Below, piece after piece: positions 39,982 through 51,841 of a stretch of 64,000 bases of DNA (within the stretch, counting starts at the first letter, position 1; each line of letters begins with the position of its first letter). The notes below the pieces were generated by a model that saw nothing but the letters and a program-made list of their open reading frames with translations, was not told the DNA's origin and did no database searches. This DNA is from Nitrospirales bacterium (GTDB taxonomy: Bacteria > Nitrospirota > Nitrospiria > Nitrospirales > UBA8639). The translations under genes were made by a program, and so were the position numbers. The stretch is from positions 2,304,001 to 2,368,000 of the forward strand of contig CBDBCZ010000019.1 in the NCBI GenBank assembly GCA_965203295.1, written 5' to 3'.

Positions 39982-41210
39982 TAATGTTGAACCAATAGCC
40001 GATTCGCTAACCGCAGTGGATCCTTTGTTCCAGTAGAGGAAGAGCCCGCCTCCATTTCATTGAAACCAACACGGGTCTCATTCGATTTCATGTTTTCACT
40101 TTCACATAGGGCAAAGACAGGGGACATACTGCCATGTTGAGAGGCTGAACTGCCGTAATGGTTACAGACAATGAGACCTCGATACCGCTCAAACGTCGAT
40201 AACTTTTTGAGTAATGGGCCCACCAGGTATTGATCCAATTGCTCCAATCGGCTTACTTGTTCTTTCCCAGGAAGTCTCTTGAATTCTGGCTTTTCCTGAA
40301 GGTGAAGATAAACAAAATCATATTGTTGAAGAAGTTTGAATGCCATGTCAGCATACCAATCGAAGAGGTTATTATCGAAACCTATATCTTGATCTGGAGT
40401 GACAGGCTTTAACCCTGCGCACATCCCAATGCCAAGGTGAATATCGGCATTGGAAACAACGGCTCCAGAGAGTCCGCACCGGTCCTTCAGGGGCGGTAAT
40501 TCGACGGATTTTCCAGGTCCCCATAACCAAAGAGCATTGGCAGGCTTCAAGCCGCGCTCTTCTCTTTCCTGATTAACCGAATGATCTCGCAAGATCCAAT
40601 GTGAAGCCTCCATGACTTCTTTCAAGACATCCGCTCGTTCTCCAGACGGCAGATACGGCCCCACCTCCTGGCCAAGAAGTGTATGGGGGTCATAGCAGGT
40701 GACCTTGGCCACACCCTTCACCCAGACCATTATATGGCGGTGTCGGTCTCCAGCATAAAATTGCAAAGTCTCTGACCCCAGTTGCTCGTTAATGGCATCA
40801 ATTAATTCTCGAGCCTCTTCTACCTCAAGTCTCTCTGTCGGATCATCTTCCAACAGGAGATAGGTCCCAAACTTCTTCCTATCCCCTCTCCCAGCCTGAG
40901 AACCCAGTGTCACTAAGGCACATAAATAAGCCACATCTTGCTTTTCTAATACGACTTCTGACTCAACAGCGGCAAAGGCCCCAGGGCCGGTTAGGTACTT
41001 CTTAGGGTCATATCCCAATAGCGCCAAGTGGAGGGTATCTCCCGTTGGGGAGAGTCCTTCTGAAGAAAATTTGAGACAACCATACTCCCCCTGATTCGCG
41101 AGAAAGTCGAGATTGGGAGTCAAGGCTGTCTGGAGTGGTGTTTTACCGCCCAACGACTCGACGGGATCTCCCGCCATTCCATCTCCTTGAAATATGACCG
41201 TCTTCACCAT
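39981..41210 (-). CDS. ApgM/proposed-homoserine-kinase family protein, active site degenerate
   Basis: [47 protein letters not shown]. Confidence 0.85.
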   Translation of the reverse strand: MVKTVIFQGDGMAGDPVESLGGKTPLQTALTPNLDFLANQGEYGCLKFSSEGLSPTGDTLHLALLGYDPKKYLTGPGAFAAVESEVVLEKQDVAYLCALVTLGSQAGRGDRKKFGTYLLLEDDPTERLEVEEARELIDAINEQLGSETLQFYAGDRHRHIMVWVKGVAKVTCYDPHTLLGQEVGPYLPSGERADVLKEVMEASHWILRDHSVNQEREERGLKPANALWLWGPGKSVELPPLKDRCGLSGAVVSNADIHLGIGMCAGLKPVTPDQDIGFDNNLFDWYADMAFKLLQQYDFVYLHLQEKPEFKRLPGKEQVSRLEQLDQYLVGPLLKKLSTFERYRGLIVCNHYGSSASQHGSMSPVFALCESENMKSNETRVGFNEMEAGSSSTGTKDPLRLANRLLVQH

Positions 41211-41277
41211 CCTGCTCAGATGAAAATTGGAATCTCTTGTCGATTGTTCAGTGGGAAAAGGTCAGCCTCAATCTTCT

Positions 41278-42336
41278 CTACAATTTCAGTAAGGCCGACA
41301 CATCTTCACGAGTTGGTTTCACGGTGAAGGGTTTGGGTGAGTATTCGACCGCTCGATCAGGATCCTTCAACCCATGGCCCGTCAAGGTGCACACCACTGT
41401 GGCCTCTTCAGGCAATAGACCTTGCTCACTCATTTTTGTGACTCCGGCCACAGATGCTGCCGAAGCTGGTTCACAGAATATGCCTTCCTCTTTTGCTAGC
41501 ATGGAATAGGCTTGAAGGATTTCCTCGTCTGTGACGGCGTCAATACTTCCCTTTGATTCCTCAACTGCCTGTAACGCTAAATTCCAACTAGCTGGATTTC
41601 CGATTCGAATCGCCGTCGCTACCGTTTGGGGATTTTCCACCCTATGCCCTAGAACGATGGGGGCAGCGCCTCTCGCCTGGAAACCAAACATCTTTGGAAG
41701 CTCAGAGGTTTGTCCAGCCGTATGATATTCTTTATACCCTCTCCAATAGGCGGTAATATTACCGGCATTTCCCACAGGAACGACGTGGAACATCGGGGAG
41801 AACCCAAGATGGTCACAGACTTCCATGGCCGCTGTCTTTTGCCCCTCTAACCGGAAAAGATTAAGGGAGTTCACCAGTTCAAACTGGTCTTCAGCGCATA
41901 GTTCCTTCACAAGTCCGAGTGCTTGATCAAAGTTTCCCTCAATTTGAATAACCTTCGCTCCGTGCATCATGGCCTGTGCTAACTTTCCCAACGCAATATT
42001 TCCTTCAGGAACCAGAACAAAAACAGGTAAGCCGGCCTTTGCCCCATAGGCCGCGGCCGAGGCGGAGGTATTTCCTGTCGAAGCACACATGAGCGCTCGA
42101 ACATTTTTTTCAAGGGCCTTGGAAACCGCCAATGTCATTCCTCGATCTTTAAATGATCCGGTGGGATTCGCCCCTTCAATCTTGAGGTAGAGTTCAGCCT
42201 GAGGACAGATTTTTTTCGCGACCCGAAAGGCATGGATTAACGGTGTATTCCCCTCACAAAGGGTGACGACCGGAGTCGTCTCTGTGACAGGTAAAAACTT
42301 CCTAAATTCTTGGATTATTCCTTGCCACGCAACCAT
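41278..42336 (-). CDS. thrC: Threonine synthase
   Basis: EGNTPL, NPTGSFKDRGM, CASTGNTSASA, PVGNAGN, TGHGLKDP. Confidence 0.96.
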   Translation of the reverse strand: MVAWQGIIQEFRKFLPVTETTPVVTLCEGNTPLIHAFRVAKKICPQAELYLKIEGANPTGSFKDRGMTLAVSKALEKNVRALMCASTGNTSASAAAYGAKAGLPVFVLVPEGNIALGKLAQAMMHGAKVIQIEGNFDQALGLVKELCAEDQFELVNSLNLFRLEGQKTAAMEVCDHLGFSPMFHVVPVGNAGNITAYWRGYKEYHTAGQTSELPKMFGFQARGAAPIVLGHRVENPQTVATAIRIGNPASWNLALQAVEESKGSIDAVTDEEILQAYSMLAKEEGIFCEPASAASVAGVTKMSEQGLLPEEATVVCTLTGHGLKDPDRAVEYSPKPFTVKPTREDVSALLKL

Positions 42337-42381
42337 CGTTTAACCTGATTCTATTCCTTCCCTGTTTCCATTCAAGAGGTT

Positions 42382-43713
42382 CTAGCTCTGTTCCTGTTCC
42401 TGTTCTTCTTCAACTCGAATAAAGACCGTTGGTTCGGTAACATACGATGACATTTTTTCAATTTCATGGAGTGCATGCCGCACGGACCGCTCTGTAGCTC
42501 GGTGGGTCATGATCACAACAGGAACAGTCTGCCCCTCCTGGCGACCCTTCTGAATCACCGAGGCAATACTAATCCCTTGAGATCCTAAGACTCCGGAAAT
42601 TTTGGACAACACACCAGGCTTATCTAGTACCATAAAGCGGAGATAGTAGCGGGTTGTCAAATTCTCCATAGGTCGAATGCTGAGGGGACTACGCTGTTGC
42701 AATGGAAACGATGTCGGAGGAACACGACTAAAGGCCCTGAACTTAAGGTTTCTGGCAATATCGATGACATCGCTCACCACCGCACTGGCAGTCGGTAATG
42801 ATCCAGCTCCCTGACCGAATAGCACAACATTGCCTACAGCATCTCCCACCAGTTGAATCGCATTATACACGCCATCAACTTTTCCTAAAGAAGAATTCTG
42901 AGAGATCATCGTAGGATGGACGCGGATTTCAACTTCACCCTGGAAAAATTTCGCAATGCCTAAAAGCTTGATCGTCATCCCAAATTCCAGAGCATAGGCA
43001 ATATCTAAGGAAGTGAGCTTGGTAATTCCCTCCGTATAGACTTCCTTGATGTTCAACGGAGTCCCATAGGCGAGGTTCACCATGATGGCCAATTTGTGAG
43101 CGGAATCAATGCCCTCAACATCAAAGGTTGGATCAGCCTCGGCATAGCCGGCGATTTTGGCTTGCTCCAGAGCCTTGTCAAAGCTTTCTTTTTCGTGAAT
43201 CATGCGGGAAAGAATATAATTCGATGTCCCATTCAAGATCCCCACAATGGAGGAAAGGTGATTCGCTGCGAGCCCTTCGGTCAAAGACCGTATAATCGGG
43301 ATCCCGCCTCCTACGCTGGCTTCAAACTGAATATCAACTCCTGCCTGATTGGCAGCTTCGAATATGTCCTCCCCATGAACCGCCAATAGGGCCTTATTCG
43401 CGGTCACAATGTGTTTCCCCTTTTGCATGGCCGATAACATGAGCTTTTTGGCTACATCATATCCCCCAATCAGCTCAATCACGATATCGATTGAAGGATC
43501 TTCGAGTACGGAATTGAGATCTGACGTGAGCATACCATCACGTAAGCGTATGCCACGATCAGTTTCAAGATCTAAATCCACGATTCGTTTGAGAATGACT
43601 GGCTTTCCCACCCGTCGCGCAATAATTTCAGAATTCTGGAGAAGGACCTTGGTCACGCCGGAACCCACTGTCCCGAATCCCACGAGTCCGACTGTTACTT
43701 CTGATGACATCAT
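42382..43713 (-). CDS. hom: Homoserine dehydrogenase with ACT domain
   Basis: [33 protein letters not shown]. Confidence 0.96.
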   Translation of the reverse strand: MMSSEVTVGLVGFGTVGSGVTKVLLQNSEIIARRVGKPVILKRIVDLDLETDRGIRLRDGMLTSDLNSVLEDPSIDIVIELIGGYDVAKKLMLSAMQKGKHIVTANKALLAVHGEDIFEAANQAGVDIQFEASVGGGIPIIRSLTEGLAANHLSSIVGILNGTSNYILSRMIHEKESFDKALEQAKIAGYAEADPTFDVEGIDSAHKLAIMVNLAYGTPLNIKEVYTEGITKLTSLDIAYALEFGMTIKLLGIAKFFQGEVEIRVHPTMISQNSSLGKVDGVYNAIQLVGDAVGNVVLFGQGAGSLPTASAVVSDVIDIARNLKFRAFSRVPPTSFPLQQRSPLSIRPMENLTTRYYLRFMVLDKPGVLSKISGVLGSQGISIASVIQKGRQEGQTVPVVIMTHRATERSVRHALHEIEKMSSYVTEPTVFIRVEEEQEQEQS

Positions 43714-44891
43714 TTTTCCTCAAGCTTTAGCGCTGCCTTAACACCTCGAACAGCCTGATGTATTCGATGTTCATTCTCGACGAGCGCAAACCGGACGTAT
43801 TCATCTCCGCCTTCTCCAAATCCAACACCCGGAGAGACCGCTACCTTCCCATCTCGGAGTAGCAGCTTCGAAAACTCTAAGGACCCCATTCCGACATACG
43901 ATGGTGGAATACGTGCCCAGACAAACATGCTCGCTCGAGGGTAGTCCACAGACCAGCCAATTCGGTTGAGCCCTGACACCAGGGCGTTCCGCCGACGTTC
44001 GTATCTCCCCACAATGGTCTTGACACAATCTTGAGGACCATTCAAAGCGATAATGCTCGCGATTTGAATGGGTTGAAACATTCCATAATCCAAATAACTT
44101 TTAATTTTGGTCAGGGCACCGATGATTTCCCGATTCCCTACGCAAAAGCCAACTCGCCATCCCGGCATGTTGTAGCTTTTAGAAAGCGAATAAAATTCCA
44201 CTCCGATATCCTTCGCTTCAGGAATTTGAAGAAGACTAGGCGCCTTATATTCATCATACACAAGATCAGCATAGGCCAAATCATGAACAACAATAACTTC
44301 ATGTTCCCGTGCAAAATCTACGACCTTTTTGAAAAACTCTAGATCCACTACACTTGTCGTAGGATTATGAGGGAAACTCATGATCAGGAGACGTGGACGG
44401 GGTTGACTGTGTCGATAGGCTCGTGTCAGGTTCTCAAAAAAATCTTCGTTTGGGCCAAGATCTATCCCTCGAACATCTCCCCCCGCAATAATCACGCTGT
44501 ACATGTGAATAGGATACGTCGGTGTGGGGGTCAAGGCCACATCACCGGGACCGACCAACGCCAGGGCTAAATGGGCCAGACCTTCTTTGACACCAAGCGT
44601 GACAATGGCTTCGTGTTCAGGGTCCAAATCAACATCGTAATGCCGCCCATACCATGCGCAGATCGCATGACGCAATTTGGTAATCCCTCGCGAGGCAGAA
44701 TATCGATGATTCTTACCCCTTCGGGCTGCCTCAACCAGCTTATCAACGATGTGTAGGGGCGTCGCTTGATCAGGGTTACCCATTCCCAGATCAATGATAT
44801 CCTCACCACGATGGCGCGCTTCCAATTTAAGAGACTGGACTTGCGCAAATACGTAAGGCGGTAAACGTTGAATTCGAAAAAACTTTTCCAT
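43710..44891 (-). CDS. alaC: Class I/II PLP aminotransferase, AlaC-like
   Basis: [47 protein letters not shown]. Confidence 0.8.
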   Translation of the reverse strand: MEKFFRIQRLPPYVFAQVQSLKLEARHRGEDIIDLGMGNPDQATPLHIVDKLVEAARRGKNHRYSASRGITKLRHAICAWYGRHYDVDLDPEHEAIVTLGVKEGLAHLALALVGPGDVALTPTPTYPIHMYSVIIAGGDVRGIDLGPNEDFFENLTRAYRHSQPRPRLLIMSFPHNPTTSVVDLEFFKKVVDFAREHEVIVVHDLAYADLVYDEYKAPSLLQIPEAKDIGVEFYSLSKSYNMPGWRVGFCVGNREIIGALTKIKSYLDYGMFQPIQIASIIALNGPQDCVKTIVGRYERRRNALVSGLNRIGWSVDYPRASMFVWARIPPSYVGMGSLEFSKLLLRDGKVAVSPGVGFGEGGDEYVRFALVENEHRIHQAVRGVKAALKLEEK

Positions 44892-44967
44892 ATCTATAGT
44901 TATACGAGAGACGCTATGAGACACACAGGGTTCGCGCCAAAGCACCCATTTTCAAATGAATTTTCCT

Positions 44968-44996
44968 ATTCTAGTTTAGGAAATAAAACCAGTCAA
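44968..44996 (-). promoter_or_regulatory. Sigma70-type promoter of the alaC-hom-thrC operon
   Basis: TTGACT-N17-TAGAAT on minus strand. Confidence 0.65.
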
Positions 44997-45071
44997 TTCA
45001 ATAAATAGAAGAGAGTAAAAGAATCCCAAAGACCAATAGCCTTATGTTTCCATTTGAGGAATGGCTCAACA

Positions 45072-45100
45072 TTGCTAGGACTTTCCATTTTTGACATAAT
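45072..45100 (+). promoter_or_regulatory. Sigma70-type promoter of pdxJ
   Basis: TTGCTA-N17-CATAAT. Confidence 0.5.
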
Positions 45101-45138
45101 TCTTGTAGGAACTCCTAACTCTAACCACTTGACATCTC

Positions 45139-45852
45139 ATGCCACATCTAGGCGTTAACATCGACCATGTCGCAACCCTGCGTCAGGCCAGGGGAGGTCA
45201 CGAGCCAGATCCTATTGCCGCAGCCGTGTTAGTTGATTTGGGGGGTGCCGATGGGTTGGTGGTTCACTTGAGGGAGGACCGTCGGCACATCCAGGAGCGG
45301 GATCTAACGCTCTTGAAAGACATCATCCCCACGAAGTTGAACCTAGAGATGGCTACGGAAGATGACATTGTGAAGATCGCCCTTCAGGTGAGACCACATG
45401 TTGTGACATTGGTGCCAGAACGCCGTCAGGAATTAACCACTGAAGGCGGCCTGGCCGTTGTTGAAAACCAGGAGCGATTGAAACCCATTCTTGAAACTTT
45501 TCACGATGCTGAAATTCCTGTGAGTTTATTCATTGACCCGGACGTGAACCAAATTAAAGCCGCTCGCAAACTGAAAGCCCAGAGCATTGAACTTCATACG
45601 GGCCGATATGCCAATTGCCTGCATAGTGGAACAGGAGAAGACGAATTCAACGACCTGGTTCAAGCAGCAAGGTTGGCTCATAAGCTGGGGCTCAGGGTAC
45701 ATGCCGGCCATGGATTAAATTACCGTAACGTCACGCGTTTGAGAGAGATTTCAGAAATCGTGGAATATAATATTGGACATAGTATAATTTCACACGCTGT
45801 CTTTGTTGGTCTCGAACGAGCCGTAAGAGAAATGAAAGCTTTAATCGGTTGA
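45139..45852 (+). CDS. pdxJ: Pyridoxine 5'-phosphate synthase
   Basis: LGVNIDHVATLRQAR, HLREDRRHI, LTTEGGL, AGHGLNY. Confidence 0.97.
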   Translation: MPHLGVNIDHVATLRQARGGHEPDPIAAAVLVDLGGADGLVVHLREDRRHIQERDLTLLKDIIPTKLNLEMATEDDIVKIALQVRPHVVTLVPERRQELTTEGGLAVVENQERLKPILETFHDAEIPVSLFIDPDVNQIKAARKLKAQSIELHTGRYANCLHSGTGEDEFNDLVQAARLAHKLGLRVHAGHGLNYRNVTRLREISEIVEYNIGHSIISHAVFVGLERAVREMKALIG

Positions 45853-46237
45853 ATCCTGCCATCAGTCAGTTGGGGAAAGCACCGAAATCTTTCGAAAGGA
45901 ACCGAATCAACCATGTGCTTTCTGAGTGATAGCGAGGTACGTTCTCATTACCTCAGCCCGCTCAATGCTATAAAAGACTGTATTCCGAAGTACTGAAAGT
46001 TTCTCGAATTGTCCACTCCATCTTCAACACAGGGCGATTCATCACTTTCGACACCCTCCCGAGAATTTGGATCCGATTCCCATGAGATTTTAACCAAGCT
46101 ATACTATCTGCTGACTATGACGTTTTGGTTTCTCTTTTTTCATCGCATCTCTCCCGTGATCTCACCTGTTCTTGTGCTTCATTTGTGAGAAACATTGTGC
46201 ATTCTTTTGAGGTCACCTCTAGAATTCTCTGTTCGTT

Positions 46238-47791
46238 ATGAAACTTGTGACTGCGGCCCAAATGCAACACCTTGATCGACGAACGATTCAGGAAGCTGGC
46301 ATTCCCGGAATCGTGCTGATGGAGCGAGCGGGAAAAGGAGTCGTTTCCAACATAGAAAAAACATGCGGAAACCTCAAGGGAAGGACCGTCACGGTATTTT
46401 GCGGAAAGGGGAATAATGGGGGCGACGGATTTGTGATAGCACGTCTGCTTCGTCGGAAACGGATTCCAGTTCACACTGTTATCATGGCTTCCCCTTCCGA
46501 CCTCAAGGGTGATGCCAGAACCATGTATCAACGTTTGATCAAAACGGCCAGTTCCTCATCTCTTTATATCATGCCGTCCATCAAAGTCATTCGAGGACTT
46601 TTAGAAAAAAGTGAATTGGTCGTGGATGCCCTTCTTGGCACCGGCATTTCTTCTGAAGTCAAAGGTCCATACCGCCTGGCTATCGAGACAATCAATCATG
46701 TAGATGTCTCCACCGTTGCCGTAGATATTCCATCTGGAATCAACGCGGATTCAGGGGACATTATGGGAGTGGGTATCGGTGCAAACCTCACCGTCACGTT
46801 TGGTCTTCCCAAACTGGGGTTGTTTTTAGGAAAAGCCATTGACCACATAGGCGAATTGCGTGTGGTGGACATCGGAATCCCGCAAGAGTTTGTCGATGAT
46901 TTAGACATTACTCGAACCCTGCTTAGAATGGAGAACATTCGTGAATTCTTACCCAAGCGACCTCCATCTTCTCATAAAGGCACGTTGGGGCATGCTGGGA
47001 TTATAGCTGGCTCCCCAGGCAAAACTGGATCAGCTGCCCTAGCGGCGAGAGCGTGCCTTCGCGTTGGAACCGGGCTGGTCACTGTTGCCACGCCCTCTAG
47101 CGTCAATGGAACATTAGAAGCCAAACTGCTTGAAGCCATGACAGTCCCAGTCCACGAAACGGAAGACCAAACGGTGAGCCAACAAGCCCGCCCAACCTTA
47201 GAAGCTTTTACAACTCATCGGGATGCAGTGGGTATTGGACCTGGACTCACGACTCACCCTGACACGGTTGAACTGGTCCGATCCTTGATACCGAAATTTG
47301 ATCGCCCATGTGTCATTGACGCTGATGCCCTTAATGCAATCGCTGGGAACTGCGAGCTTTTCCATTCCTGTCGAGTCACTCCAGTCATTACGCCGCACCC
47401 TGGAGAGATGGCCCGATTGATAGGCCATTCCTCTGCTGCGATCGTTAACCACGATCGACTAGGCGTAGCCCTCAAATTTGCTAGGGATTATGGAGTCATT
47501 GTGGTTCTCAAGGGCGCGCGAACGTTAATTACTGATCCTAGAGGACATGTCGCCATTTGCCCTACAGGTAATCCAGGAATGGCAACCGCTGGAATGGGTG
47601 ATGTGTTAATTGGCGTGATTGCCGGCCTCTTATCTCAAGGGTTAACTCCCTGGGACACTGCCAGAGTAGGAGTGTATGTCCATGGCTTAGCTGGAGACAT
47701 AGCAGCTGAACGATTGGGGCAGTCGGGAATGATTGCGAGTGATGTTATTGAGGCATTACCCCATGCGCTCATGAAAGTCCAAAAATCCTAA
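46238..47791 (+). CDS. nnr: Bifunctional NAD(P)HX epimerase/dehydratase
   Basis: LMERAG, CGKGNNGGDG, VDIPSG, SHKG, DADAL, TPHPGEM, GNPGMATAGMGDVL. Confidence 0.95.
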   Translation: MKLVTAAQMQHLDRRTIQEAGIPGIVLMERAGKGVVSNIEKTCGNLKGRTVTVFCGKGNNGGDGFVIARLLRRKRIPVHTVIMASPSDLKGDARTMYQRLIKTASSSSLYIMPSIKVIRGLLEKSELVVDALLGTGISSEVKGPYRLAIETINHVDVSTVAVDIPSGINADSGDIMGVGIGANLTVTFGLPKLGLFLGKAIDHIGELRVVDIGIPQEFVDDLDITRTLLRMENIREFLPKRPPSSHKGTLGHAGIIAGSPGKTGSAALAARACLRVGTGLVTVATPSSVNGTLEAKLLEAMTVPVHETEDQTVSQQARPTLEAFTTHRDAVGIGPGLTTHPDTVELVRSLIPKFDRPCVIDADALNAIAGNCELFHSCRVTPVITPHPGEMARLIGHSSAAIVNHDRLGVALKFARDYGVIVVLKGARTLITDPRGHVAICPTGNPGMATAGMGDVLIGVIAGLLSQGLTPWDTARVGVYVHGLAGDIAAERLGQSGMIASDVIEALPHALMKVQKS

Positions 47792-47839
47792 TCCTCAGGT
47801 TCATCCAATTGCTAGCCCCATGGAATCTTTAGGCCGAAC

Positions 47840-48334
47840 GTGACCGATCAAACAGTTTTGAAACTGCGGTCACTAAAAGACACGATCATCCTTGGGACCA
47901 CCATAGGCCACCTCCTTCGAGGTGGAGAAGTCATTGCCATCATTGGAGACCTTGGAACCGGCAAAACGACACTTGTCCGAGGCATTGCTACGGGAGCAAA
48001 GGTCTCCCCTCAAGTCGTAAGCAGCCCGACTTTTACGCTTATCCAAGAGTACCGTGGGACATTTCTCCTTGCCCATGTCGATTTATACCGAATTGAATCG
48101 CAGGCAGAGTTAGAGACTATCGGCCTCCACGAATACTATAACGACAGAACAAGTATCCTGATTGAATGGGCTGATCGGACTCATGGGTCCTTACCAGACG
48201 ACTATCTGAGTATTTACCTTGAACATTCAAGTCGCTACCAGCGTATGGCACGCTTTCAGCCTCATGGGCATCGGGGTGACCAGCTTTTAAGGCAACTGAT
48301 GAACACACCCATTTTCAAGAATCTGGTCACTTAG
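47840..48334 (+). CDS. tsaE: t6A37 biosynthesis ATPase
   Basis: GDLGTGKTT, SSPTFTL, HVDLYR, IEWA. Confidence 0.95.
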   Translation: MTDQTVLKLRSLKDTIILGTTIGHLLRGGEVIAIIGDLGTGKTTLVRGIATGAKVSPQVVSSPTFTLIQEYRGTFLLAHVDLYRIESQAELETIGLHEYYNDRTSILIEWADRTHGSLPDDYLSIYLEHSSRYQRMARFQPHGHRGDQLLRQLMNTPIFKNLVT

Positions 48335-48454
48335 GCTTTGACCTGTTGAGATCATGTTCGTTGATCCCACGATTCAGCATGCACAGGAGAGCACGTTTCA
48401 CTGTCCTATGTCCCTGCATTCGTTTGAAACACGGCTAATCCGGGAAACTATCCA

Positions 48455-51094
48455 ATGACGGCCCATGACCTTAGCCCCCTCATGCGTCAATATCAGGAGA
48501 TCAAACAGACCTACCGCGAGGCTATCCTGTTTTTTCGTGTGGGAGATTTTTACGAAATGTTTTTCGAAGACGCCACGGAAGCATCAGGCATCCTCAATAT
48601 TGCCCTGACCTCCCGTGAAAAACACAGTGCCAATCCCATTCCCTTATGCGGGATTCCACACCATGCCGCACTCGGATACATCGCTAAACTTCTTAAACAC
48701 GGGAAAAATGTCGCCCTTTGCGAACAAGTGGAAGACCCAAAACTTGCAAAAGGATTAGTCAAACGAGAGGTTGTCCGCCTTTACACCCCTGGAACCTTGG
48801 TTGACCATGAGTTCCTCGAAGCCGGTCAATCAAGCTTTCTTACGGCTGTTGCCCCTAGAGAGATGACCCCAACCACGCATGGGCCTTTCGGGCTTGCGGT
48901 GGTTGACCTTTCAACAGGGGAATTTTGGCTTTCAGAATTTCCAGAGGATCAGGGTCAAGACTTACTTTCGGATGAACTTGCTCGAATTGCCCCCAAGGAA
49001 TTAATCCATCCTGATGGTTTGGATCAAGGACTGTTGTCGGGATTAGTTCGACAGAAACTCGCAAGGATTGTTCCCTGTGATCCTCGCTGGTTTAACGCAG
49101 AAGATGCCCATCACTGTTTCCTCTCCCATTATCACGTGACCAATCTCGCTGACTTACACGTCGGTTCCCTGACTGCCGGAATTCAAGCAGGCGGAGGAGT
49201 ATTACGGTATCTGCGTGACATTCAACCAACTTTCACCCACCAACACATCCAAAGACCCATCACACGCCGACTCACCCAAGAGATGCAATTAGACGGCATC
49301 ACGATTCGCAATCTCGAAATCCTGACCTCGTTGTCCGATGATCAACAAGGGCCTACCCTGTTTTCTACCCTTGATCATACGATGACTCCTATGGGACGCC
49401 GTTTGCTCCGTCAATGGATCGTGAGGCCTTTGGTAGACATTCATGCGATCCAATCCCGTCTCATGGCAGTATCGCAATTTAAAGAAACGCTCAAATCTCG
49501 AACAAACGTTCGGTTCGCGTTAAAGAAGATCCAGGACATTGAGCGCCTTGCCAGTCGCGTCAATATGGGGATTGCGACTCCAAGAGATGTTCTAGGATTA
49601 CAACAATCTCTTGAAGTTCTTTCCACCATTCATACCAATCTTCAGGAATACCATTCATCACTTCTCATTGATCTTTTTTCTTATTGGGATAACTTAGAAG
49701 ACATCGTCTTCCTCATTCGAAATACCATCCTGCCCGACGCACCTCATTCTGTTCGTGATGGAGGAATCATCCGTGATGGATTCGACTCCACACTTGACCA
49801 GTTTCGTCAGGCCAACAAGGATGGGAAAAAATGGATTGCCGAACTTGAGCAAACCGAACGCCGACGAACAGGCATTGATTCTTTGAAAGTCAAATACAAT
49901 CAAGTTTTCGGCTATTACATTGAAATTACAAAGTTGAACCTTTCTCGTGCACCTCAAGATTATATTCGAAAACAAACCCTCACCAATGCCGAACGCTTCA
50001 CGACTTCAGAACTCAAACAGCTTGAAGAGAGTGTCACGACAGCCTCCATCCGTCTTCAAACTTTGGAACAGGAACTTTTTACCAATATTCGGCAGGATCT
50101 CTCCCAACATACCACACGAATACAAACTATGGCTAAACAGTTAGCAATACTTGATGTCCTCACCTCTTTTGCCGAAGCGGCGACTATACATCGTTACGTA
50201 TGCCCTGAGGTCGATAAAGGTGGTACGATTTCTATTTCAGATGGACGCCATCCTGTTATTGAAAGGATGAACCTGTCTGGCGGGTTCATTGCCAACAACG
50301 CGAAGCTAGACCTTGATTCCAACAGATTGTTGCTCATTACTGGCCCCAATATGGCAGGAAAAAGTACATTTCTCCGACAAACCGGCCTCATCATTCTTAT
50401 GGCTCAAATTGGAAGTTTCGTGCCAGCCTCTCATGCCAAAATCGGATTGGTGGATCGCATTTATACAAGAGTAGGCGCCTCGGACAATTTAGCTGGAGGG
50501 CAAAGTACCTTCATGGTCGAAATGGTGGAGACGTCCAAAATATTAGAATCCGCTACCCCACGAAGCCTTATCCTTCTCGATGAAATTGGCCGGGGGACGA
50601 GCACTTATGATGGATTAAGTATTGCCTGGGCTGTCGCGGAATTTATTCAAGATCGAACACACTTAGGCGCTCGTACTCTTTTCGCGACTCATTACCAAGA
50701 GATGGCGGCATTAGAAGGGATACGGGATGGAATTAGGAACTACACTGTCTCCGTAAAAGAGGAAGACGAGCGCATTATTTTTTTAAGGAAGATTGTTGAA
50801 GGAAAGGCTGACCGCAGTTACGGGATTCACGTCGCAACCCTAGCTGGACTTCCCGCACCGATTATACAACGGGCACAGCAGGTCCTGGAGCAATTGGAGC
50901 AATCGGATAGTCATGAACAGACGTCTCTCATAAAGGACAACGCTCCATTGTCTCCTTCTGTCGACCCTACGCTGCCTTCTCCTCACCCTCTTATCGAAGA
51001 GGTCAAGCAAATAGACCTTTTTGCGATGACCCCCCTGGATGCCTTTAATCGGTTAGCTGATTTCAAGCGTCGGTTAGAAGAAAATGGGGAATGA
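48455..51094 (+). CDS. mutS: DNA mismatch repair protein MutS
   Basis: FRVGDFYEMF, TGPNMAGKST, STFMVEM, DEIGRGTST, SYGIHVA. Confidence 0.97.
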   Translation: MTAHDLSPLMRQYQEIKQTYREAILFFRVGDFYEMFFEDATEASGILNIALTSREKHSANPIPLCGIPHHAALGYIAKLLKHGKNVALCEQVEDPKLAKGLVKREVVRLYTPGTLVDHEFLEAGQSSFLTAVAPREMTPTTHGPFGLAVVDLSTGEFWLSEFPEDQGQDLLSDELARIAPKELIHPDGLDQGLLSGLVRQKLARIVPCDPRWFNAEDAHHCFLSHYHVTNLADLHVGSLTAGIQAGGGVLRYLRDIQPTFTHQHIQRPITRRLTQEMQLDGITIRNLEILTSLSDDQQGPTLFSTLDHTMTPMGRRLLRQWIVRPLVDIHAIQSRLMAVSQFKETLKSRTNVRFALKKIQDIERLASRVNMGIATPRDVLGLQQSLEVLSTIHTNLQEYHSSLLIDLFSYWDNLEDIVFLIRNTILPDAPHSVRDGGIIRDGFDSTLDQFRQANKDGKKWIAELEQTERRRTGIDSLKVKYNQVFGYYIEITKLNLSRAPQDYIRKQTLTNAERFTTSELKQLEESVTTASIRLQTLEQELFTNIRQDLSQHTTRIQTMAKQLAILDVLTSFAEAATIHRYVCPEVDKGGTISISDGRHPVIERMNLSGGFIANNAKLDLDSNRLLLITGPNMAGKSTFLRQTGLIILMAQIGSFVPASHAKIGLVDRIYTRVGASDNLAGGQSTFMVEMVETSKILESATPRSLILLDEIGRGTSTYDGLSIAWAVAEFIQDRTHLGARTLFATHYQEMAALEGIRDGIRNYTVSVKEEDERIIFLRKIVEGKADRSYGIHVATLAGLPAPIIQRAQQVLEQLEQSDSHEQTSLIKDNAPLSPSVDPTLPSPHPLIEEVKQIDLFAMTPLDAFNRLADFKRRLEENGE

Positions 51095-51096
51095 AT

Positions 51097-51134
51097 AAAA
51101 AAATGGTACGCTCTTTTCAGAGCGCACCATTTTT
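51097..51134. terminator. Bidirectional intrinsic terminator
   Basis: A7-TGGTACGCTCT-TTTC-AGAGCGCACCA-T5 between convergent genes. Confidence 0.8.
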
Positions 51135-51156
51135 CAAAAAAATTACTACATTTCTT

Positions 51157-51759
51157 TTAGTTCTGATCTGAATTGGGGATGAATCCAGCAATAGCAGGTC
51201 CGCCAGGAATCATGACATCATAGCGCATCTTACGGTTTTTCGGCCAGCTATTCGCTGCAATCGACTGAGCTTGTGTCATAGCCCGAAGACTGTGAATGCT
51301 CTTAGGATCTCCAGGAGTCCCGGCAACATCCTTTATCGACTTGATGGAAGAGACTACCCTATGGTTTTGCGAAGTCTCTTGAACCACAAACTCTACCATG
51401 GTGTATTTGGATGGTGCAGTATTTCCCATAACAGCTTGGCTATGTGAAGCCTTCCCCAAGGATTGCAATTTTTGCCAAACACTGTCATTGGCTGCATAGA
51501 CTTTAAAATTTTTCCCAGGGAAATACTTTTGCCAATAATATCCACTCTCGGCATTGCCACCAAACACTGCGACATTAACCCATGCCGCCTTGTCATAGGG
51601 GTCAGTCACCGCGACTCGACCATGGAGGGTCGTCGGCTGACTCATGTCGCCCCATTCATACCTCTCCTGAAATGCCTCAATTCCGAGAGCACTGGTAGCC
51701 AAATCAAGAACCAAAGCGATGGCTGCAAGGACCACCAATCCTGTGTTACGAACCTTCAT
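51157..51759 (-). CDS. Hypothetical secreted protein
   Basis: GAGGAGG RBS, signal peptide, 200 aa, no family recognised. Confidence 0.8.
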   Translation of the reverse strand: MKVRNTGLVVLAAIALVLDLATSALGIEAFQERYEWGDMSQPTTLHGRVAVTDPYDKAAWVNVAVFGGNAESGYYWQKYFPGKNFKVYAANDSVWQKLQSLGKASHSQAVMGNTAPSKYTMVEFVVQETSQNHRVVSSIKSIKDVAGTPGDPKSIHSLRAMTQAQSIAANSWPKNRKMRYDVMIPGGPAIAGFIPNSDQN

Positions 51760-51841
51760 AATTCCTTCCTCCTCTTCGATTATAGATGAAGACCTTCTTT
51801 AATTGTCTATCACCACAGGGAGTAACGATTATTCAAATTAA

